Positions 12,433-25,482 of a DNA stretch of 64,000 nt are shown one piece after another. Source of the stretch: Octopus sinensis (lineage: Eukaryota); assembly GCF_006345805.1 (NCBI RefSeq), contig NC_043000.1, positions 31,000,001-31,064,000 of the forward strand, written 5' to 3'. The notes beneath the pieces are model-generated. The model saw only the letters and a program-made list of their open reading frames with translations. It had not been told where the DNA came from and ran no database searches. Position numbers and translations under genes: made by a program. The number at the start of each line of letters is the position of its first letter. Position 1 is the first letter of the stretch.

Positions 12433-14599
12433 ACATTACTTGTATGACAGTCATACTGTCATACTTATTTACAACCAGCACATGATGTCAAGACCTGAGC
12501 ATACACACACACACACCACGTAAGTCTCTTGGATTTTAGTAGCCCTTCTTTGAAACTGTAGTTGTTGAGGGTTAAATTTGTCTAGGGAGTTCTTAGTTTA
12601 TAGTGGGTTTTGTAATATATTATTGCAGACATTGATATAGTGCCATTCTCCTTCATTGAGATTTTATTTCTGGTGCTATAGTTATCAGTCATTATACCAC
12701 TTCTGCTTACACAGGGTTCAAATCCCATCTAGAGCAACGTTGTTTTTTACTGTTCTGGGATCACTAAAAATACGAGAGTAATGAACTGTTTAAGAACTGG
12801 ATATTATGGTATTTGTTCCAACTCTTTGCCTCTAGATTTCTTCAGAAAATTAATCCCCACACCACCACATTAACATCTGGTCCCTGGATGTCTATAGCAA
12901 AGCCCTTCATGTTACAAACATTTAGGTCAGGTCACCAATTTGAGAATAAATTTCTCTTTTTGTCTTACCTGTTTTGAGACCCTGAAAAAAATTTTTTTTA
13001 ACTGTGGTGGAAGGAGGATCACTGCCACCCTTCCATCCCTTACTAAATACTAAACAAAAATTTTTTGTGTATACAGAATCTGAACAGTGAAAAAGAAAAT
13101 TGGTTGGTGTTATTTGTCCAGAAGTATATGGTTAGAAGCCAGCGTATAGTAGAGACAGAATCTTTAACAAACATCTAAGATCATAATCTAAAAGATTTAT
13201 GTCAACCAGTTTAGGCTGCCTGTCAAAAATACTGAACATTATTCAGCAAAAAAATCTTGCAATGGAATACAATCATTATGTAATAGATACACAAAAGAGA
13301 CATTGTATCATTATACAATAGAAATATGTACTATGTTATACAATACACTTCAAAGGTCATACTGGTACATAGGTACAATGTAGTCAACATTGTACCTAAG
13401 TTACTAAACAAAATCTAAACTGAAATTTCCAGTCACTTAAAGTTGCAAAGATCATCATCATCATCATTTAACGTCCGCTTTCCATGCTAGCATGGGTTGG
13501 ACGATTTCACTGAGGTCTGGCGAACCAGACTCCAATCTGATCTGGCAGAGTTTCTAGAGCTGGATGCCCTTCCTAATGCCAACCACTTCGAGAGTGTAGT
13601 GGGTGCTTTTACCTGCCACCAGCACGAGGACCAGTTTGGTGGTACTGGCAACGGCCACACCCAAAATGGTGCTTTTTACGTGCCACCTGCACAGGAGCCA
13701 GTCCAATGACACTGGCGACGACCTCGCTTGAATGTTTCACGTGCCACCAGCACAAGTGCTAATAAGGCGATGCAATGTGTTTCCCAAGCTGGCATGGGTT
13801 GGACAGTTTCACAGAAGCTGGCCAGCCAAACTGCTGTCCAGACTCCAATTGTCTGTTGTGACATGGTTTCTATGGCTAGATGCCCTTCCTAACACCAGCC
13901 ACTTTATAGAGTGCACTGGGTGCTTTTTACGTGCCTCTGGCATGGGTGTGTTTACACATCATCGTTTAACGTCCATTTTCCATGCTAGCATGGGTTGGAT
14001 GGTTCGACTGGGGTCTGGGAAACCAGGAGGCTGCACCAAGCTCCAGTCTGATCTGGCAGTGTTTCTACAGCTGGATGCCCTTCCTAACACCAACCACTCA
14101 TTGTAGTGGGTGCTTTTTACGTGCCAGTCAGGCGGCACTGGCAACGACCTTGCTCAAATCTTTTACACATGCCACCAGTGCAGGTGCCAGTAAGGCAATG
14201 CTGGTAATGATCCTGCTCGAATGGTGTTTTTTATGTGCCACCAGCACGGATGGTAATTATAATTCACAACTGGATGAATTTTCTTATCTCCAACACAGGT
14301 CACCTTTGCTCCATTGTCATTACCTTTTAAAATCCGAGTCCGGTCAAAGAATTTCCACATTTTCCCCTAACAAAAAAACCTAACAAATCCCTAGAATGTA
14401 ATAATACCAAAACGATTGACAAACTTATTAGTTCCTTTAACCAACTGTGGTAGTTGATGATGACCAACAGTTGGAGTACAAGAGATTATCATGTAAGGTT
14501 AGATCCTTCCAATAAAGGACTGCTCAATTCTTGAAAGGAGATAATATAATGTGCAAGCAATCACAAATTTTGAACCAGTGTGTTACATACTGAAGCTAT

Positions 14600-17500
14600 T
14601 GGAACTGGGTGTAAGTCTGTTAATCCATTCATCATTAATTAACCAAGTTAAAATTTTTGTTAACGATTTAACTTTTAAGTTGACTTTGAAAATCATTATC
14701 ATACTAATTAAATTCTGTTAACTCACGTCCGTTGACCCATAACTCATCTACTGTAGGCCCTTGGTTGACACAGTTTTGGGAGGCGGCAACAGAAGATTTG
14801 CAACCCTCCTGGACAATGAGGAATGCCAACTGGCTGCTGCCTTCCACCCCAGGTTTCACCTCACCTGGTTGGATAGGTATGATAGTACCAAGTTCACCAA
14901 GGTGAGGAGAAGCATGGAGGATAAGGTTGAGGAGGCCATGAGGCAGCAGTCTGAGGAAGCGAGTAGCAACAATGAAGAGGTGGAAGATGACTTCTTCAGT
15001 GTGTTACCCAACAAAAAGATAGCAGAAGCCACAAGTCACTGAAGGACAAGGCCCAGAATTTAGTAAAGACCTGGTTGGAGACCAACTCCAAAGATCTGAC
15101 AGATGCTGCCTTCTTGAGTGAGCAAGTGCTGGTAGACTTGTTCATCAAGTTCAACACAGTCATCCCTTCCAGTGCTGCGGTTGAATGTTTATTTTCCATG
15201 GGCAAGGACATCTTGAGTGCCAAGAGATCGTCCTTGTCTGATGAAAATTTTAGTATGTTAATTTTCATGAAGGGCAACATGGATCATCAACAAAACAGAG
15301 AAGAGGAAAAACTAAATTATGTATATATCGTGTTTTTCATTTATTTTTTTAATGGCCACTTTATCAAATTCTTTTCAGTTTAATATCAACATTGTGTTTC
15401 ATTTGATTTTTTTACCCTTCTCTGGCTCTAAAAGCCTTTAAAAACCTTAGAAAAATGGGCCAAAACTATGAAATCCGCCCTTTTTAACTGAAAAAAGAAA
15501 AAAAATATCTGGAGAAGTGCAAAAAAAGCTGATTTTATAGATTTGGCACTTAACCATTTAGTGTTTAAACCAGCCAAAACCCATTGTATCTAATTCCTCT
15601 AAGAAATCTCTTGGAAATATAAATCACGTGAGTTCTCATAGCTTTGAGATAATGTGAGGGCTTTTCTTACAGAAAGTACAGAACTGAGAGAAAAGCAAAA
15701 TTAACTGAGGTTGGTGTCAGAAAATATTGACTTCCATAAAGTGAAAAAATAAACGGAAGGAAAAAATTTGGTCAATATTTTGATGTGAATGCAAATAGCT
15801 GTTAAGTTGTAGCAGGGCATGCTAGAAATAGCAGCCAAAGTTTTCCTTTTCTGGAAAAAGGAACTGTTTACGCATGATTTCGATGTCGCATTCATTGAAA
15901 GCATGCAAAAGAACCTAGAAAAGAGAAAAGGCCTGTGAAACAAAACTCCCTTGGTGGGAAACTGAGGTCCCTACCATGCCTCCCACCTTTCTTTTATGAA
16001 AAAAAAAAAAAAGTGGCCTGCAGCAGGTTTGGTGGTTAGATATGTTGAATGCACCTGTAAAAAAACTGGAAAGAAAAATTATTCCACACCGAGGTATGAA
16101 ATATTTACCGAAAGAATAAAATTTTGTGCTGTTTATACTTGTATTTTAATTTAAAATGTACCTCATCTTGAAAAGTGGCAAAATTTTTGTCAGTTGCCAT
16201 CTGGGATAATTTTAGTAGCAAATCAAACAGGTAAGATGCATTAAGGATTTCAATTTTAGTGTTTATCTATGTTATAGCTTTTACTTTACCTGCCCCTAAA
16301 GGTCAAATTTGCTCAGCAAGATCAGCTAAAATTTACAAACCAGTGGTTTCTTGAGGAAACCTATTGAGTCAAGTACATCAACATCAAAATAAAAATTCAA
16401 ATGGAAATTGTAGTTAAGACAGTGACACGTAAAAAGCACCGCCCAAACATGGCAGATGCCAGCACCGCCTGCTCTGGCCCCCGTGCTGGTGGCACGTGAA
16501 AAACACCCACTCCACTCACAGAGTGGTTGGCGTTAGGAAGGGCATCCAGCTGTAGAAACAGTGCCAAATCAGACTGGAGCCTGGTGCAGCCTCCATGGCT
16601 TCAAGACCCAGGTCGAACCATCCAACCCATGCTAGCATGGAAAACAGATGTTAAATGATGATGGTGTATAAAGTACTCACTGATAAAATTTCAAATCTGT
16701 ATGTAAAAAAATTTACAAAGTTACAAGCAAATATTGTAGACAGCCCTCTTGAACCAGAGTAAAAATAACGTGAACAAATAAGCATTTGACAGATTAATAT
16801 GAACACTAAAGCTGTTTTCAAGTGTTTTCTTACATCATAACATAGCCTCATTCGGTTGGAACTACATGTGTGTTGACATCATTCCATAAAATTTGTTTAC
16901 AGGGGAGAAAAATATCCATTGATGTGTGAGTGAGAAAGAGGGAGGTTTTGGGATGTGCTAGAAACGACAGCCAGATCTCTTAAATCACACATTTTCCCCT
17001 GAAATCACTTTTAAACTGAAAATGTTTCTCATGGGTTTTAAGTGCATAGTGAAAAAAAGAAAAAAAAACACCCAAAATCGTTCTGGACTGGGGTGGTGGG
17101 AGTGAAAAGAAATTTTTTTTCGTGACACCCATTATTCTGAAGACTGGTGAAAAATATAGGAAAACATCCCCATCAAAACAGAAATTCCAACCTATGTGGG
17201 CTGTCTTATTCGAAACTCCCCTGCCTCCTTCCAAAAATTTTGCCTACAAATTTCTTTGAAATAATCTACACCATTTGAAAGGTATTTGTATAAAATTTCA
17301 TTACAAATACCTACTTTCCAAAAAGTTATGAGGAAAATGTTGGGTCCAGTGAATTTTCCAAACCTCCTCTACCCAACCTCTTGGAAAATTTTTTCCAACA
17401 CAGGATATAAGCAATTATTTGATGAAAGTTTTGTTCAAAAGTACCCATTTTTCTGGAATCTATGGGGCAGCAAAATTGGCAGAGTATTAAACTGTAGTTA

Positions 17501-17643
17501 TGCCTTTTTCAATAAAAAGGCAATGTTAACTTCCATTACACTTTCAAAGAATTAATGAATTAACAATTAATGAAAGTTAATTTTTTGGTCAACAGATTAA
17601 TGATTAACAAAGTTAACTTTTCAATTAATAGTGCCCACCTCTG
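14600..17643 (+). mobile_element. Degraded hAT transposon; transposase C-terminus at about 14750-15290; nested repeats inside
   Basis: Dimerization-domain motif LFIKFNTVIPSSAAVECLFS...KRSSLSDENF. The right end is GTGCCCACCTCTG, both ends have GTTAAC-rich subterminal repeats, and the 8-bp TSD is GAAGCTAT/GAAGCTAC. The left TIR is degenerate. Confidence 0.6.
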
Positions 17644-17860
17644 GAAGCTACGGCAAGATATTTAGAAATCTTGAATGCACCACAATGATGCATGTGAAAT
17701 TGTGTGTGACCATTTCTAAAACAGTTAAAATATACATTAATATTTGAAGTTTTGGAATAAGCAGATCCGAGAAGCATGTTCTATTTTCTTCAATTTTAGA
17801 AAATATTTGAGATTTCATCCTCCAATAGTAATTTAAGTCTAAAACAATTCACAGAAATTG

Positions 17861-18170
17861 TTATATTTTGGGATGGTCATTTTTTATTTTTAGTCAAACA
17901 CATGCAGTATATATTCGTTCTTCACTTGTTTGTCAACACACCTGTGACCTCTTCAGTGATTTTCCATCCCACGTCTGTTCCGTTTAGTTCATTCCATCTT
18001 TCTATGGTGTGTAAACAATAGGCGACATGGGATAGGAAGTTGCTGAAGAGGTCACACGTGTGTGACGAGAGATTTCCAGACAACGGACATAAAATAAGAA
18101 TAATAACAATAAACGAATATACAGTGTGTGTATTTAGCAATAAAAAAAAAAGTCATCCCAAAACATAACC
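17861..18170. mobile_element. Old MITE-like element with imperfect inverted ends
   Basis: TTATATTTTGGGATGGTCATTTTTT versus the reverse complement of AAAAAAAGTCATCCCAAAACATAA. Confidence 0.4.
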
Positions 18171-18317
18171 CTCAACAAACGATATCACAACAGGAATCTT
18201 GCAAAACAAATGCATAAACGGAATTCACAGAGAAAGTTTTGACAATCTGAATGAAAACCATTATGATTGGTTAATTGCCTAAAAAAGAATGGGTTGTAAA
18301 AATTTGAAATTTTGTTT

Positions 18318-18497
18318 GCGAATGGCTGTGTGGTAAGTTGCTTGCTTACGAGCCACATAGTTCCGGGTTCAGTCCCACTGCGTGGCACCTTGGGTAAGTG
18401 CCTTCTACTATAGCCTCGGGCGGACCAAAGCCTTGTGAGTGGATTTGGTAGACGGAAACTGAAAGAAGCCCGTCGTATATATATATATATATGTATG

Positions 18498-18592
<95 letters not shown>

Positions 18593-18792
18593 TTGCGCGT
18601 CTGTGTTTGTCACCCCAACATCGCTTGACAACCGATGCTGATGTGTTTACGTCCCCGTAACTTAACGGTTCGGTAAAAGGAGCCCGATAGAATAAGTACT
18701 AGGCTTACAATGAATAAGTCCTGGGGTCGATTTGCTCGACTAAAAGCGGTGCTCCGGCATGGCCGCAGTCAAATGACAAACAAGTAAAAGAG
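18318..18792 (+). mobile_element. CORE-type tRNA SINE, long form with internal (TA)n(TG)n. Related copies at about 570-670-, 920-1020+, 20720-21053+, 32270-32380-, 40135-40290+, 42690-42925+, 51500-51690-
   Basis: A/B-box head (TGGCTGTGTGGT...GGTTCAGTCCC), CORE-like GCACCTTGGGYAAGTG and tail GCGGTGCTCCAGCATGGCC...CAAGTAAAAGAG. Confidence 0.8.
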
Positions 18793-19629
18793 AATCTTGA
18801 AAAAATACACAAGCTACATAATGAATGTGTATTTCTAAAAGTTGGTCATTCACACAACACTTTTAGAAAGCTGATAGAACACTGGTTTCCTTCAGTATCG
18901 AAAATCGGGAGAGAGTTAAAAATTTACTTGTCCAAATAAGTCCGATATGATAGTCTCTGAATTTTAATTTTATATTTTCTGATAATTTTCAGTCAGAAAA
19001 TGTAAAAAGTTCTATGGAGAAATATTTTAGTTTTTTTCTGACCTCAGAAGAATAATAAACTGACCTGGGAAATATTTGGACACTAATTGTAGTGCTTTAG
19101 TTAGTAGCAAATCTGGAGAGAAGTGCAATTATAATTGGATGGATTCAACGGAATATGGGCACTTGTGATGTCACCGTCAGAAAGTCAATTAAAACGAAGC
19201 TAATACGGAAGTTTTTTTAACTGCATGGGATTCTCATTTGATGTTTGAAATCCGGTTTTCCCCCTCTGAAATTTTACATTAAATAGCTGCACTTTAATTC
19301 ACAGCATCTCCAAAACAGAATAATAAAAAAAAAAATGGTTATCCTTCGTTTTCACCAGCAGAAAAGTCATTGTTTCTTAATTTCAGTAAAAAAAAATTTT
19401 ATCTACTTTTCGCAGTGTGTATCATTTAAAATCCATTGTCCATGCTGGTATGGGTTGGACAGTTTGACCAGGGCTGGTAAGCTGGAAGGCTGCACCAGAC
19501 TCCAGACTGATTTGGCATGGGTTTTTTATAGCTGGATGCCTTTTCGAACACCAACCACTGACTGTAATGGGTGCTTCTACGTACCACCAGCATGGGTGCC
19601 ATTTGTGTGACATCAATATCTTACACGAT

Positions 19630-19662
<33 letters not shown>

Positions 19663-19760
19663 ACGGGAAGCTTTATGAAAATAAACAAAAGACGAAGGCA
19701 GGTGGAGTACAAACAAACAATTGTATTAGTATGGCGCTCAGGAATATAAATAAAACAAAT

Positions 19761-19796
19761 CTTTTACGTTTCGAGCCTACGCTCTTCAACAGAAAG
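19761..19796 (-). ncRNA. Minimal hammerhead with variant core inside a Penelope pLTR (about 19660-19865)
   Basis: Minus strand cttt-CTGTTGA-a-gagc gtag gctc-GAAAC-GTA-aaag. Stem I extends to atcttt/aaagat; the core has U where A6 is expected. Confidence 0.55.
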
Positions 19797-20069
19797 ATAC
19801 ACAGAAAAGAAACACGGAGAGAAACAAGGAGAGAAAAAATGCGTGCAGAAGCTAGCGATTCAATGTGTGTGTGTGTGTGTGGTGTGTATATATACATATA
19901 TAAATGGGGCTGTATGTACGTTTGTATACATTTATGTATTTATCCGTGTCTAGCTATCTATGCACACACATACACGGTGCGCGAAAAGTAAATAAAAAAT
20001 TTGGCGATCTTTCGTCTCTAGTAGACCTTTCCGTCGATTTCCGTAAAAATTTTTTTTTTTTTTTTACAT

Positions 20070-20343
20070 ATGGGCTTGCGGGAACTTTTGAAGTAATATA
20101 CATACACCGAGTAAAAAATTTCAGTTATCTCTTTCTTTCACACATTACTCTGTCTCTTCACACACACTAACAGAAGCACTTCACTTACACAACATACTGT
20201 CTGTCTCCCACACCCCATCAAACACACACACATGTACATCAATGCTCCATGCACGGTAACTTCAAAAGAACTTCCCTCGTCATACAATCGCTTTCTCTTA
20301 GTCTCTTTCGCTTTCATTACTTCAAAAGTTCCCGCAAGCCCAT
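20070..20343. mobile_element. MITE-like element with perfect 28-bp inverted ends
   Basis: ATGGGCTTGCGGGAACTTTTGAAGTAAT at 20070-20097 and its reverse complement at 20316-20343; no clear TSD. Confidence 0.6.
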
Positions 20344-21908
20344 TATTATGGAAATTAACGAACAATGATATGATTCAATACATTGAAATTTTGACGTTTC
20401 TGAGGGTTATAACGAAAGAAAGAAATTAAACAATTATTTTAATTTTAAATATTAACATTAACTGTTAGCAAACTAGTTTTAATCACCTTTTTATAACTTT
20501 CTGCATACTAATTTTTGATTTTTAATTAGTATTCGTAGAATTATAAACTTTATTTATACATTAATGGATTTAGAGTTAAGTAGTAAAAGTCATCACTCAA
20601 ATGACACAGAAAATACAGATTCGTCTCTTCAACCGAAAATTCACTTCTTACTGTATTTAGAAATATTTAACGAAAACACTAAGGTTATAAATAAATACTT
20701 CGAATAACTTTCTCGGATTTAACCACATGGTTTCGAGTTCAGTCCCACTGCATGGCACCTTGGGCAAGTGTCTTCTACTATAGCCTTGGGTCAACCAAAG
20801 CCTTGTGAGTAGATTTGGTAGACGGAAACTGAAAGAAGCCTGTTGTATATATATATACATACATACATATGTCCCCCTGACATCGCTTGACAACCGATGC
20901 TGGTGTGTTTACGTCCCCGTAGCTTAGCGGTTCGGCAAAAGAGACAGATAGAATAAGTACTAAGCTTACAAAAACCAAGTCCTGGGGTCGATTTGCTCGA
21001 CTAAAGGCGGTGCTCCAGCATGGCCGCAGTCAAATGACTGAACTAAGTAAGAGACTAGAAAGTATAAATTTAAATGTCAAAATGCGGTTATTTTGTTGCC
21101 ATCTTAAAAAAACCCCAGAGCTTTTAGAAAGCTCCGTATTTTAACCTCTAACACAAATTTGTATGTATATATAAATATATATATATATAAACGTCAAAAT
21201 GGGAATAGAATAAACGAGAAGAATATTACGAACCTTGTCGATTTGATAGAGTCTTGGCGGTAGAATGCTTTCCTCGGTAAGAGTAATGTTTACTTTCCAT
21301 CTTTTCGAAGTTGTGTAAATAAAGCTAAGTGGAGGACAAGTGGAATTGTTGAAAGGTCGAACGGGATTCTGTGGTTTCCATTCTTAAAGTTCCGAGTTCA
21401 AAATCCTTAGAAGGGAAACGGCCACGAAGCGGGGTGGGGGAGAATTTATTTTTATACATAACAACAAAGAAAGTGTAGAAAGTGAGATAAGTGCGAAGAC
21501 AAAATTTGCAAACTTCAAAAAGAAAAAAGAATATTATTTTAAAAAATTTGAATATATGAATAGGAACAATTTTGTTCACTGTCGGTCGTTTCTCCCTGCA
21601 CTACACTTAGGGCAGAAATTACACAAACCTTTCAGCAATAACTAAAATAATCAGATTAGCGACAAAATTAAAATAACTACATAACTGTTGTGTAAATGGT
21701 TTTATTTTAGTATCTATATTATAATCGATTACATAAACTGTATAAAAAGATTTTAGTATATGAATGGCTGTGCAAAATTTTTATAAAGATCTTCATAAAA
21801 AAAAAAAAAAAAAGAGAGACCAGATTTAGTGACAACTGTGAGAAAGAGGAAAAAATATATAGGGTGGTCACAACACGGTCATACCAAAATAATACATAAC
21901 TAATATAT

Positions 21909-22586
21909 TTAGACATCAGCCAGTACGTTATTATTTGAAGTGCCTTTCCAATGTGGTGGCCAAGATTTTTTCACACTCGGTCTCTCCTTCATCATATTGT
22001 AGTAGGCTGCCAAACACGGATAACGACTTTCCAGCTGCAGGCCAGATCGAACTCCGAAAGCAATATATGGGAAAAACATTACATCTGCCATGGTTATATC
22101 AGGCCCAGTTAGAAAGGTCGATTTCAGCTCCTTCATGTAGTCCTCCCAGCGAACCAGTTCTTCAGCCAGCTCCGCGTGTCGTTTAGTCAGCAGATCTTTG
22201 TCCGGGTTCGGGTTACCCCACAGATAGTAAATAATATTAGTAACCATCTTCTGCTGAATATTACACGTTTCATGCATTTTTTGAAGGACCAAGGCTAGCT
22301 GCTTTTCAGACGACGCAGGTGGGTACAAAGAGGTGCCCTTGTCCTTGTAGACAGTCTCCAGGTAATCGCAAGCAGCGAACGACTCGTTCACAACACAGTC
22401 GCCAACTTTCATGGTGGGCAGCTGACCACGAGGGTTTAGCGTCGTAATTTCCTTACTTTTGTGTTCTTTTTTCTCGAACGACATCAATCTGGAGTTGTAA
22501 TCCAACCCCTTTTCTTCTAAAGTAATCATAATGCGCCAACATGGTATACTCCCAGAGCCCCAGTACAACGTGATATCAGACATCAT
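21909..22586 (-). CDS. Glutathione S-transferase, rho-class/fish GST-A-like, intronless, 225 aa
   Basis: Uninterrupted ORF MMSDITLYWGSGSIPCWRIMITLEEKG...NPRGQLPT...VNESFAACDYLE...GPDITMADVMFFP...WPPHW. It has the GST N-terminal motifs and the C-terminal capping motif, and the WGSGSxPCWR signature matches rho-class GSTs. AATAAA lies on the - strand near 21700. The track start at 22640 is a non-ATG extension. Confidence 0.92.
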   Translation of the reverse strand: MMSDITLYWGSGSIPCWRIMITLEEKGLDYNSRLMSFEKKEHKSKEITTLNPRGQLPTMKVGDCVVNESFAACDYLETVYKDKGTSLYPPASSEKQLALVLQKMHETCNIQQKMVTNIIYYLWGNPNPDKDLLTKRHAELAEELVRWEDYMKELKSTFLTGPDITMADVMFFPYIAFGVRSGLQLESRYPCLAAYYNMMKERPSVKKSWPPHWKGTSNNNVLADV

Positions 22587-22619
22587 CGACTTCGAACTAA
22601 AGCTTGGCAAAGATTCGCT

Positions 22620-22652
22620 ATCACGTGACAGAGATAACATAACTTCCGGTCA
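22620..22652 (-). promoter_or_regulatory. Proximal promoter motifs of the GST gene (E-box and ETS)
   Basis: TCACGTGA at about 22621 and ACTTCCGG at about 22642, 35-65 nt upstream of the ATG. Confidence 0.4.
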
Positions 22653-23624
22653 AATAATATTTAATTAAAAAAAAAGGCATTAATTAGTCTTAAATACAGA
22701 ATCCTGGGACTCTGAAACTTTACATAGCAAAAGGGAAGTCGGCTTGTGTTATAGTATATAAACTGCTAAATAGAAAATTATACAACATATCTTCGCGTTT
22801 TTATTCTCTCAACATATTTCACTTCATTACGTTCTGAGTTCAAATCCGCAGTCAACTTTACGTTTCATCATTTCGGGGTCGTTTAATTAAGTAGCCATGA
22901 AGATTTCACCAACTAACCCCCTCCAGACATACACACACACACATATTTCTGATTTCGTGTATTTATTAGAAATTATTTGAATGTAAAAAATAAAAAAATT
23001 AAGAGCGCAACTTACATTTAAAAAAAATTAAAACCTAAGAATTATGAAGGTTTAGTGTAAGAATAATACTTTTTGCAAGAAATACTGATTTTTAAATCCT
23101 CCAGGTGAAAAAAATTAACTTTCAAATAAGAAAACTTTTAAGGTTTTTTTTTTTTAACAAATAAGTTTAAGGGTTGTCAGAAATAAAATAATATTCAGTT
23201 AAAAGATTTGTATCTTTTAATGTTGCTGTTTTATTCTAACTTATAAATTGTGCAGCAAATACTTTTTTTAATTTTTTAAAATTTAAATCACAAACTTGAA
23301 CGTTTTTCTGTTTTCTGTGTCAACTAATTGATTGGGTTACAAAGTTCAAGTACAAAGCCATTGATCATCAAGTAAACCTACCTACAAATGTAATCCCTTG
23401 TATTTGATCTTTTGGGATGAGAGGTAAGAGTGTCTAAACAGCATTATACACACCTGGCTAGAACATGTTACGGAACCCACAACCACAACTTACACAGATT
23501 AGCTTTAGGCCCCTAAACAAGTGAGATCTCCAGGCAATCACTTGATGTGCACATGCTTAAAGATGGCACTATTCAGTGACTGATTAGATCATAACAGACA
23601 GGAAGGGGCGTAGGCCATAGGTAT

Positions 23625-24045
23625 AAAGCGGCGAACTGGCAGAAACGTTAGCACGCCGGGCGAAATGCTTAGCGGTATTTCGTCTGCGTTACGTTGTGAG
23701 TTCAAATTCCGCCGAGGTCGACTTTGCCTTTCATCCTTTCGGGGTCGATAAATTAAGTACCAGTTACGCACTGGGGTCGATGTAATCGACTTAATACCTG
23801 TGTCTGTCCTTGTTTGTCCCCTCTGTGTTTAGCCCCTTGTGGGTAATAAAGAAATAGAAATAGGTATTTCGTCTGCTGTTACATTCTGAGTTCAAATTCC
23901 GCCGAGGTTGACTTTCATTCTTTCGGGGTCGATAAATTAAGTACCAGTTACGCACTGGGATCGATGTAATCGACTTAATCCGTTTCTTTGTCCTTGTTTG
24001 TCCCCTCTGTGTTTAGCCCCTTGTGGGTAGTAAAGAAACAGGTAT
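23625..24045 (+). mobile_element. Second tRNA-type SINE family (tandem 1.7 copies). Others at 7571-7805+, 34114-34338-, 35617-36000+
   Basis: GGCGAGCTGGCAGAAACGTTAGC...GAGTTCAAATTCC...GTCGACTTTGCCTTTCATCCTTTCGGGGTCGATAAA..AAGTACCAG...TAATAAAGAAATA. The 34114 copy has a 15/16 TSD (34098-34113 / 34350-34365) inside a CORE SINE. Confidence 0.85.
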
Positions 24046-24676
24046 AGGCCCACTATTCTAAGAGGGCTTGCTCTCACTGTTACAAAATGAAGAACCTTAA
24101 AAAAATTACTATTTTTTTTATTAATCATTCAAGTTTTATCATTCTGCTTTGTTACTTGTGGGCAGTGATGGAAATGGGCTTAAGAATTAAGGGCTCTGCC
24201 AAGGCCTGTGAGGATAAACAAAATGGGTATTAGATCCCTTTGAACTGGAAAGTATGAAGATGCAATTCACTCCATTGCGTTCCTCTTCGTTACCATCATT
24301 TCTTGTAATGATGTCATGTGCATGCATATAGCTATAACTTATACAGAAATCATGTATCTAACGATGATTACTGAAGTGTTTAACAAGTTGTTAGAAATCA
24401 GGACCTAGACTTCATATCAATGAAATCGATTGGCATCAGGGCTAGAAAATAATGCAGTGTGATGTTCATAGCTTTACAAAATGTTTCAGCTGCAAGTTAG
24501 GTTTGATTTATCAGATAATCTGGATAAACTTACCAGATTAAAATGATATTAATTATTAAGCTCGTGTATTCTCCTCAAAATATTTTTTAATTTGTTTGAT
24601 TTTCTTTTACCATTCTCTTAAGTATAATGGTCTTAACTTGATTGCACATAATTGTCTTTAATTTAGCAGCAACAGC

Positions 24677-24708
24677 ATCATCATCATCATCATCATCTTC
24701 TTCTTCTT

Positions 24709-24739
<31 letters not shown>

Positions 24740-25482
24740 TTCTTCTTCTTCTTTTTCTTTTTCTTCTTTAACGTCCACTTTCCATGCTAGCATGGGTTGG
24801 ACGATTTTGACTTGAGGGCTGGCGAACCAGATGGCTGCACCAGGCTCCAATCTTGATCTGGCAGAGTTTCTACAGCTGAATGCCCTTCCTAATGCCAACC
24901 ACTCCGAGAGTGTAGTGGGTGCTTTTTACGTGCCACCGGTACGAGGGCCAGTCAGGCAGTACTGGCAACGACCTCACTCGAATCATTTTACACATGCCAC
25001 CAGCACAGGTGCCAGTAAGGCGACGTTGGTAACGATCACTCTCGAATGGTGCCCTTTTACGTGCCATCAGCACAGAAGCCAGTTGGCTGCTCTGGCAACG
25101 ATCACGCTCGGATGGTGCTCTTGGCACCCTACTAGCACAGGCACAAGTACCAGTAAGGCGGGCGATGCTGGTAACGATCACACTCAAATGGTGCCTTTTA
25201 TGTCCCACTGGCACGGAAGCTGGTTAGCCGCTCTGTCAACGATCACGCTCGTATGGTGCTCTTTGCACCCCGCTAGTACAGATGCCAGTCATCAAATGTG
25301 ATTTTGATTTCATTTGCCTCAACAGGTCTTCGCAAGCAGAGTTTAGTGTCCAAGGAAGGAAAAGGTACTCATAAGCGGACTGGTTACGCTCCTGGCATGG
25401 GCCACAGGTTATGGTCTCATTTGTCTTGCCGGGTCTTCGCAAGCACAGCATATTTCCAAAAGTCTCGGTCACTAGTCATTTC
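24677..25482 (-). mobile_element. RTE 3' UTR copy with a long (AAG)n(ATG)n tail
   Basis: Reverse complement matches the 3' UTR of 57590-58258. Confidence 0.85.

Noticed and set aside
21909-22640. GST as a cephalopod S-crystallin
   Set aside because: The motifs are rho-like (WGSGSxPCWR), not sigma-class.
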